Below, one piece after another: positions 12,770-17,144 of a DNA stretch of 17,144 nucleotides. Source of the DNA: Nanopusillaceae archaeon (GTDB taxonomy: Archaea > Nanobdellota > Nanobdellia > Nanobdellales > Nanobdellaceae); contig JBMFJD010000013.1 in NCBI GenBank assembly GCA_049974095.1, positions 1 through 17,144 on the forward strand, in the 5' to 3' direction. Position numbers and translations under genes: made by a program. Positions within the stretch are counted from its first letter, which is position 1, and each line of letters opens with the position of its first letter. Below the pieces are notes generated by a model. It was not told the origin of the DNA. It was given only the letters and a program-made list of their open reading frames with translations, and searched no databases.

Positions 12770-14902
12770 ATGGTAGTAGGATATGAAGAAATTATTAATA
12801 AAATAGATCTAAAATCTCTTTTTTTAAAATATATAGCAGTACAGAAGAAGGTAGATAGAGAGATGATGTTTTTACAATATATGGATGAAACCCCAGTAAA
12901 AGAAGCATTATTATTATATGAGAAAATAAAGGATGATCTATCAGATTCTATTAAAAAGAATAAATCTGTTGTTGCCATTCCTGCTTCAAAGCTTTTTGAA
13001 TCGTTTGGAGTATTAGCTTTAGATATTTTAAATGATGCAGAAACATATGAATTGTTCACAAAATTTATGGAATATATATTAGACTGGAGATTTCACTCTG
13101 CATATCCAATAAATGTTACTATTGCAAAATTACCAGCAGAAGAGGAGGAAGATCCAAAAAGAAGAGCATTTACAAAGGAGATAAGATTAATAAATAAGAG
13201 CATGTTAAACAGGGTAATACAAATACCTGCAATAGTAGTAGCAACTACAGAGAATTATATTCATGTAGCATCAATAAAATATAGACATGAGAAATGTGGG
13301 TATGAATTTGAAGTACCACAAGGACCATTTACAAAAGAAAAACCAAAGATATGTCCAAAATGTGGGGAATCTGGTAAATTCATAGAGGTAGAATATAAAA
13401 AGACAAATGGTAAGAAGTTATTATTATCAGATTTACCAGAAAACCTGAAGGTAGGAAAACCTGGAGTAATAATGGCCCTCATGTATAGAGATTATTTATT
13501 TGATCCATACAATGAAGTAAATGTATATCCAGGTATGCGTGCATATATAGTTGGTATAGTAAAATCTGCAAAAAAGGAAAAAGAGAAGGAAGAACAATTA
13601 TACATAGATGTATTATGGATAGAACCATTAGAAGAAAAGAAGATTGAATTAACAGATAAGGATAAAGAACAATTAAAAAACATGTTACCAGAGGGTGATG
13701 TTATAAAGTTCATTGCAGATACTATGTTCCCAAATATTTATGGTACACAATACTCATTTATTAAACAAGCAATATTATTAGCAATAGTATCTGGATATGA
13801 TAAGATAGATGATAACATAAAGAAATATTATAAACTAGACAGGTTAAATATACATGTGTTAATGGTAGGTGGACCTGGTACTGGTAAATCAACAATATTA
13901 GAAAGAGTAGTAAGGTTAGTACCAAGATCTTCATACATTACATTAACAACCGCAACAACAACAGGTTTAACAGCATCTGTTAGAAAAGATCCTGTATTGG
14001 GAGATTGGGTATTAGAAGTTGGTGCCATACCTCTAGTAGCTAATGGTGTTGCATGTATAGATGAGATCGATAAAATACCAAAACAAGAAATAACAAAACT
14101 ACATGAAGTAATGGAACAGCAAACAATTACAATACATAAAGCAAACATTCATACATTAATAGAATCTCCAGTATCAATTATAGCAGCAGCAAATCCAAAG
14201 TTTGGAAAATGGGATATACATCAAGACATATTAGCACAAATAGATCTACCACAAACAATATTAGACAGATTTGATCTAATATTTGCAATAATACCAGAAC
14301 AACAAGAAATGAAGGTAATTGGTAAAGAGATAATTAGAAATGTAAATATTAGTGAAACACCAACAATCGATGATCAAACATTAACAAAATATATAGTATA
14401 TGCTAGGAGTATCATACCTGAATGGACAGATCCTGCAATAGGAGAACTAGATAAATTATATGAAGAATTATCTAGTAAACCTGGTATATATATTACAACA
14501 AGACAGATAAATACAATAGTAAGGTTGGCAATTGCATCAGCAAAGGCAAGGTTATCAAAATATATAACAGAGTGGGATGTACAAAAAGCAAAAGAGATAT
14601 ATCTTTCATCCTTATATAGTATAGGAGTAGATCCATTTACACACCAGGTAGATATAACAATAAAAGAAACTGGATTTTCAAGATCAGAAGCAACATTAGC
14701 ACAATTAGTAGTAGATTCTATAAAAGAATTAGAAAAAGATTTTCCAAATGGTGTACCAATATCAGAAATTGTAAATTCGATAAAGAATAAAAATGTTGAT
14801 GTAGATGAAGAATCTGTAAAATATATAATAGAAAAATTGAAGAAGGTTGGTGAAGTATATGAATCTGGAGAAAATAAAGTAAAAAGAATAGTAAAAAGCT
14901 AA
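12770..14902 (+). CDS. mcm: Full-length archaeal-type MCM replicative helicase, 710 aa
   Basis: N-terminal domain with Zn module HEKCGYEF...KICPKCGESG. Walker A VLMVGGPGTGKST. Walker B VACIDEIDK. ITIHKANIHTLIESPVSIIAAANP. Arginine finger LDRFDLIFAI. Sensor 2 / lid ITTRQINTIVRLAIASAKA. C-terminal wH-like tail. Length is typical for archaeal MCM and gives no sign of an intein. Confidence 0.92.
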   Translation: MVVGYEEIINKIDLKSLFLKYIAVQKKVDREMMFLQYMDETPVKEALLLYEKIKDDLSDSIKKNKSVVAIPASKLFESFGVLALDILNDAETYELFTKFMEYILDWRFHSAYPINVTIAKLPAEEEEDPKRRAFTKEIRLINKSMLNRVIQIPAIVVATTENYIHVASIKYRHEKCGYEFEVPQGPFTKEKPKICPKCGESGKFIEVEYKKTNGKKLLLSDLPENLKVGKPGVIMALMYRDYLFDPYNEVNVYPGMRAYIVGIVKSAKKEKEKEEQLYIDVLWIEPLEEKKIELTDKDKEQLKNMLPEGDVIKFIADTMFPNIYGTQYSFIKQAILLAIVSGYDKIDDNIKKYYKLDRLNIHVLMVGGPGTGKSTILERVVRLVPRSSYITLTTATTTGLTASVRKDPVLGDWVLEVGAIPLVANGVACIDEIDKIPKQEITKLHEVMEQQTITIHKANIHTLIESPVSIIAAANPKFGKWDIHQDILAQIDLPQTILDRFDLIFAIIPEQQEMKVIGKEIIRNVNISETPTIDDQTLTKYIVYARSIIPEWTDPAIGELDKLYEELSSKPGIYITTRQINTIVRLAIASAKARLSKYITEWDVQKAKEIYLSSLYSIGVDPFTHQVDITIKETGFSRSEATLAQLVVDSIKELEKDFPNGVPISEIVNSIKNKNVDVDEESVKYIIEKLKKVGEVYESGENKVKRIVKS

Positions 14903-15135
14903 GATATTTTTTGCTTTATTAAATTCAACATTTCAAAATACCTTTTTTTAATCTTCTCCTTTAATTCTGGATCATTTACATTATTATATACAAATACATA
15001 AAACTCATCGAATAAGATTAATAAATTCTCTATTAATGCTCTTTTTTGTCTTTGTAATGTATATATCTGTGCTCTAACCTCTTCAATAGATTGCCTTATT
15101 TCATTAACAAGATCTTGTAATTCTTGTAGTTCCAT
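14899..15135 (-). CDS. Small coiled-coil protein, 78 aa
   Basis: MELQELQDLVNEIRQSIEEVRAQIYTLQRQKRALIENL has heptad character. Its stop codon overlaps the MCM stop (ctaa at 14899-14902). Confidence 0.5.
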   Translation of the reverse strand: MELQELQDLVNEIRQSIEEVRAQIYTLQRQKRALIENLLILFDEFYVFVYNNVNDPELKEKIKKRYFEMLNLIKQKIS

Positions 15136-15158
15136 ACTAGGTTATACTACTCTGTAAG

Positions 15159-15722
15159 TTATAAATCTAATTTTTTAGCCCTTACATATACTAAGCCCCA
15201 TGCTATAATATTTGATATTAATCCACCAAAGAAGAATATAAATTCTATTATTGCAAATGCTAAAACTGCTTCTAAACTTTCACCTAATGAAACACTAGCA
15301 AATGGAATCATGAGTATAATAGCTATTAATAATAATACTACTGTTAACTTCAATAATTTTGCTGGTGTCTTTAAATTACCATTAATTCTCTCTAATATAC
15401 CTGCCAAGAATGGATAACCTATTATAGGTATGAAGAAAGATAGTATTGATATTGCTGGTGATCCTACCTTCTTTACTTTATTATAATCACGAATTGCTAC
15501 ATACAATAAAACATAACCGTATAAAGCTAGTATAAATGCTACTGTAAATCCAAAATATAACACCATTAATAAATTAACAATCATTGGACTTGCTGTACTA
15601 GTCATATCAAAACTCGATGAAGCAAGTGACATAAATGCTATTCCATACATTATTGCTAGAAACACATACATTGCTAGCGTCGAATAAAAAATATATGTTG
15701 CTGCATCACTTAACGATCCCAT
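15159..15722 (-). CDS. Polytopic membrane protein, 187 aa, about 5-6 TM helices
   Basis: Hydrophobic helices include YIFYSTLAMYVFLAIMYGIAFMSLA, MIVNLLMVLYFGFTVAFILALYGYVLLYVAI and LTVVLLLIAIILMIPFA. The promoter tttatatgtgtt is 29 nt upstream. Confidence 0.65.
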   Translation of the reverse strand: MGSLSDAATYIFYSTLAMYVFLAIMYGIAFMSLASSSFDMTSTASPMIVNLLMVLYFGFTVAFILALYGYVLLYVAIRDYNKVKKVGSPAISILSFFIPIIGYPFLAGILERINGNLKTPAKLLKLTVVLLLIAIILMIPFASVSLGESLEAVLAFAIIEFIFFFGGLISNIIAWGLVYVRAKKLDL

Positions 15723-15761
15723 TCATAATATATGTAAAAAACACATATAAATATTTGTTAT
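15723..15761 (-). promoter_or_regulatory. Promoter of the 187-aa membrane-protein gene; carries the 22-bp element shared with 1352-1373
   Basis: 15740-15761 is the exact reverse complement of 1352-1373. There is also a palindrome tatatgt-N7-acatata (15729-15749). Confidence 0.5.
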
Positions 15762-16123
15762 TGCTCAGGCCTATTAGTATCTATGTTAGAGGATGTATTA
15801 GTAAGATTCGATACTTCTCCCTTGATCATATTAAGTAAAACATTAAGATTTGTAGCTTTTTTATCTAAATAATCCATTGTAGTTCTAAAATCTTGTACCT
15901 CATCTTTAAGTTTATGTAATTCTGCATATACCTCTTCATATTTCTGAGTTATAGAGGCTAACAAATTTTTTATTACCTCAACCATTTCCTTTAATTCATG
16001 CGCATATAATATATAATCGACTCCCGCATTGAATATATCTGTTGGTGTATAGTCCTCTTCTAATAGTTTCTTTACTAATCCCTCCCTTTTTTTACCTAGA
16101 TAGACAGATAAGTGGCTACCCAT
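15758..16123 (-). CDS. Ribbon-helix-helix-like DNA-binding protein with a coiled-coil C-terminal half, 121 aa
   Basis: HLSVYLGKKREGLVKKLLEEDYTPTDIFNAGVDYILYAHE fits strand/helix/turn/helix of RHH. The rest is heptad-like (QKYEEVYAELHKLKDEVQDF). A TATA-like aatttataaaga lies about 28 nt upstream, abutting repeat R1. Confidence 0.5.
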   Translation of the reverse strand: MGSHLSVYLGKKREGLVKKLLEEDYTPTDIFNAGVDYILYAHELKEMVEVIKNLLASITQKYEEVYAELHKLKDEVQDFRTTMDYLDKKATNLNVLLNMIKGEVSNLTNTSSNIDTNRPEQ

Positions 16124-16151
16124 ATATAGATATTATACAATTATCTTTATA

Positions 16152-16256
16152 AATTGTTATCACTGTTTACGAGGAATATACCCAACTACCATGCTTCCCA
16201 AAAAATATATATAATATATATTTTTTTACGCGTAAGGTTTTGTGTAGAACACATAT
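16152..16256 (+). repeat. About 105-bp repeat unit R1 (box1 - A/T spacer - box2)
   Basis: aattgttatcactgtttacgaggaatatacc...cttccc / aaaaaatatatataatatatattttttt / acgcgtaaggttttgtgtagaacacatatt. Aligns by eye with R2 at roughly three-quarters identity. Confidence 0.8.
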
Positions 16257-16274
16257 TATTATAGTAAAATATAG

Positions 16275-16380
16275 AATTGTTATTACTCTTTACGGGTATT
16301 ATACCTTCCATTGAGTTTCCCAAAGGAAATATATATATATTATTTTTTTACGCATGGGGTTTTGTGTAGAATATGTGTTC
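16275..16380 (+). repeat. About 105-bp repeat unit R2, direct copy of R1 about 123 bp downstream
   Basis: aattgttattactctttacgggtattatacc...gtttccc / aaaggaaatatatatatattattttttt / acgcatggggttttgtgtagaatatgtgtt. Confidence 0.8.
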
Positions 16381-16716
16381 TATTATATATTATTATTATA
16401 TAAATATTATAATATAATATAATAAAAATATTTATATATTATTATATAACTATTTATTACTAATAAATAGTAAAAAAATCTCTTTTAATATATATTTTTA
16501 ATAAATATTAATATGTGTTTATTATTATATTATATAATATTATTTATTATTATAACAAATATTTAACAAATATTAAAAAGGTATATATAAAGGAAATTTT
16601 TTACTATTTATTAGTAATAAATAATAACAATATTATTTATAAATATTATATAATATATTATTAATAATTATTATTTTTTAATAATAATTTTTTATATAAT
16701 AATAAATAATAATAAT
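16381..16716. promoter_or_regulatory. About 336-bp extreme A+T core; candidate DNA-unwinding element of a replication origin
   Basis: My hand count gives about 16 G/C in 336 nt, or about 95% A+T. No ORF. It is bracketed by R2 and inverted R3. Confidence 0.55.
16451..16623. repeat. Perfect 27-bp inverted repeat inside the A+T core (arms 16451-16477 and 16597-16623, 119-bp spacer)
   Basis: tatttattactaataaatagtaaaaaa versus ttttttactatttattagtaataaata, which are exact reverse complements. Each arm also holds its own 9-bp palindrome, tatttatta-N-taataaata. Confidence 0.85.
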
Positions 16717-16820
16717 AACATGTGTTTAACACAACAGGGTCTTCGTGAAAAATTATATAATATATATTTTTTTTCGGAGACCCCCTGGTAGGTCATATTC
16801 CTGGTAATAAGTAGTAACAT
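16717..16820 (-). repeat. About 105-bp repeat unit R3, inverted copy of R1/R2
   Basis: Its reverse complement reads atgttactacttattaccaggaatatgacctaccagggggtctcc / gaaaaaaaatatatattatataattttt / cacgaagaccctgttgtgttaaacacatgtt. It is collinear with R1 at roughly 65-80% identity per segment by eye. Confidence 0.7.
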
Positions 16821-16917
16821 AAGGACATATATCTTGAACGGATGTAACATCCACAAAAGTCCCTTTTAGTGTCCCTTCAAAAAGTATGAAGTGACCTTCA
16901 GGTCCCTTGGATCCCAT
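16753..16917 (-). CDS. Possible small ORF, 54 aa, below the ORF-track cutoff
   Basis: Hand translation gives MGSKGPEGHFILFEGTLKGTFVDVTSVQDICPYVTTYYQEYDLPGGLRKKIYII. It lies in a locally G/C-richer patch. Its 3' third overlaps repeat R3. The promoter is only weak. It could instead be non-coding binding sites (gtccctt x3). Confidence 0.25.
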   Translation of the reverse strand: MGSKGPEGHFILFEGTLKGTFVDVTSVQDICPYVTTYYQEYDLPGGLRKKIYII

Positions 16918-16988
16918 CAAAAGAACCAATAACTTATTATCCAGTGATAGTAGCTAAGACTTATAAATAATTATAACATAATAATATT

Positions 16989-17144
16989 ATGATAAAAGCA
17001 AAGAAAGTAATAGGAAAGGTTCGGGATATTGAATATGTAGTTGATGATATGGATGATAAGGAAGACAAACCTATAGATAAACCTATCCACCTACTAATCG
17101 ATCCCTACTACGAACCATCAAGACTTCCACCAATAAAAGGAAAA
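16989..17144 (+). CDS. Hypothetical protein, N-terminal 52 aa; continues beyond the window end
   Basis: The ATG at 16989 is about 25 nt downstream of cttataaataa. The frame is open to the window end: MIKAKKVIGKVRDIEYVVDDMDDKEDKPIDKPIHLLIDPYYEPSRLPPIKGK. Confidence 0.5.
   Translation, partial: MIKAKKVIGKVRDIEYVVDDMDDKEDKPIDKPIHLLIDPYYEPSRLPPIKGK

Noticed and set aside
12364-13059. ORFs 12364-12549(-), 12497-12685(-), 12594-12776(+) and 12718-13059(-) around the divergent control region
   Set aside because: They overlap better-supported genes (mini-MCM start, 68-aa gene, MCM start) or run through promoter sequence. Their compositions are hydrophobic or low-complexity and none has a suitably spaced TATA box.
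13261-14148. Three minus-strand ORFs (13261-13482, 13492-13713, 13828-14148) inside the MCM gene
   Set aside because: They are antisense to a high-confidence, motif-rich CDS. Their translations are low-complexity (S/F/N/C-rich) with no motifs. These are typical shadow ORFs of AT-rich DNA.
12770-14902. Intein or other insertion in the MCM gene
   Set aside because: At 710 aa the length is normal for archaeal MCM, and the Walker A, Walker B, sensor and arginine-finger motifs are contiguous with ordinary spacing.
16152-16380. Possible CRISPR array or virus-borne mini-array formed by R1/R2
   Set aside because: There are only two direct copies. The units are about 105 bp with an 18-bp gap and about 75% identity, and a third copy is inverted. 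That geometry does not fit CRISPR repeats (24-40 bp, near-identical, regular spacers).
15720-16917. The shared MGS N-terminus of three consecutive minus-strand genes as a lipidation or myristoylation-type signal
   Set aside because: Three residues are too few. The downstream residues do not fit the eukaryotic MGxxxS/T consensus, and one of the three ORFs is itself doubtful. I kept it only as a note in the finding for the G/C-rich island.
1-17144. tRNA genes, integrase / att sites or transposase marking integration borders
   Set aside because: I scanned for T-arm-like GGTTCRAATCC motifs and for integrase or transposase-like ORFs and found none. A short att core cannot be excluded without comparison to a host genome.

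Overview
The window is very AT-rich (roughly 25-30% G+C by eye), tightly packed, and looks like part of an archaeal virus, plasmid or integrated element rather than core chromosome. Reasons: an archaeal-type full-length MCM helicase, small ribbon-helix-helix regulators, A/T-rich TATA-like boxes about 25-30 nt upstream of start codons with no obvious Shine-Dalgarno (leaderless-style), and many membrane or glycoprotein ORFs with no recognisable cellular homologues. I cannot name the host or the element from sequence alone.

Layout:
- 1-2057: a secreted protein (partial), an RHH regulator, a stand-alone DEDDy 3'-5' exonuclease and a membrane protein.
- 2047-8526: a long minus-strand block. Six genes are chained by five ATGA stop/start overlaps. 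They include a CPFC thioredoxin-fold protein, coiled-coil proteins and a 614-aa anchored, heavily N-glycosylatable adhesin-like protein. This is probably a virion or envelope module.
- 8584-8937: a 350-bp non-coding region with short dispersed repeats.
- 8938-12430: a four-gene minus-strand operon. It encodes an MCM AAA+ core without the MCM N-terminal domain, a 593-aa Zn-ribbon protein, a 90-aa winged-helix-like protein and a 206-aa RAMP/Cas6-like protein. It is transcribed divergently from a canonical 710-aa MCM (12770-14902). This is my best candidate for an undescribed system.
- 14899-16123: a small coiled-coil protein, a membrane protein and a second RHH protein.
- 16124-16988: an ~850-bp non-coding region. 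Two direct and one inverted ~105-bp repeat flank a ~336-bp core that is ~95% A+T and holds a perfect 27-bp inverted repeat. This is probably a replication origin or joined termini.

I saw no tRNA, rRNA, CRISPR array, integrase or transposase. All functional calls rest on motifs read by eye and need profile or structure searches.
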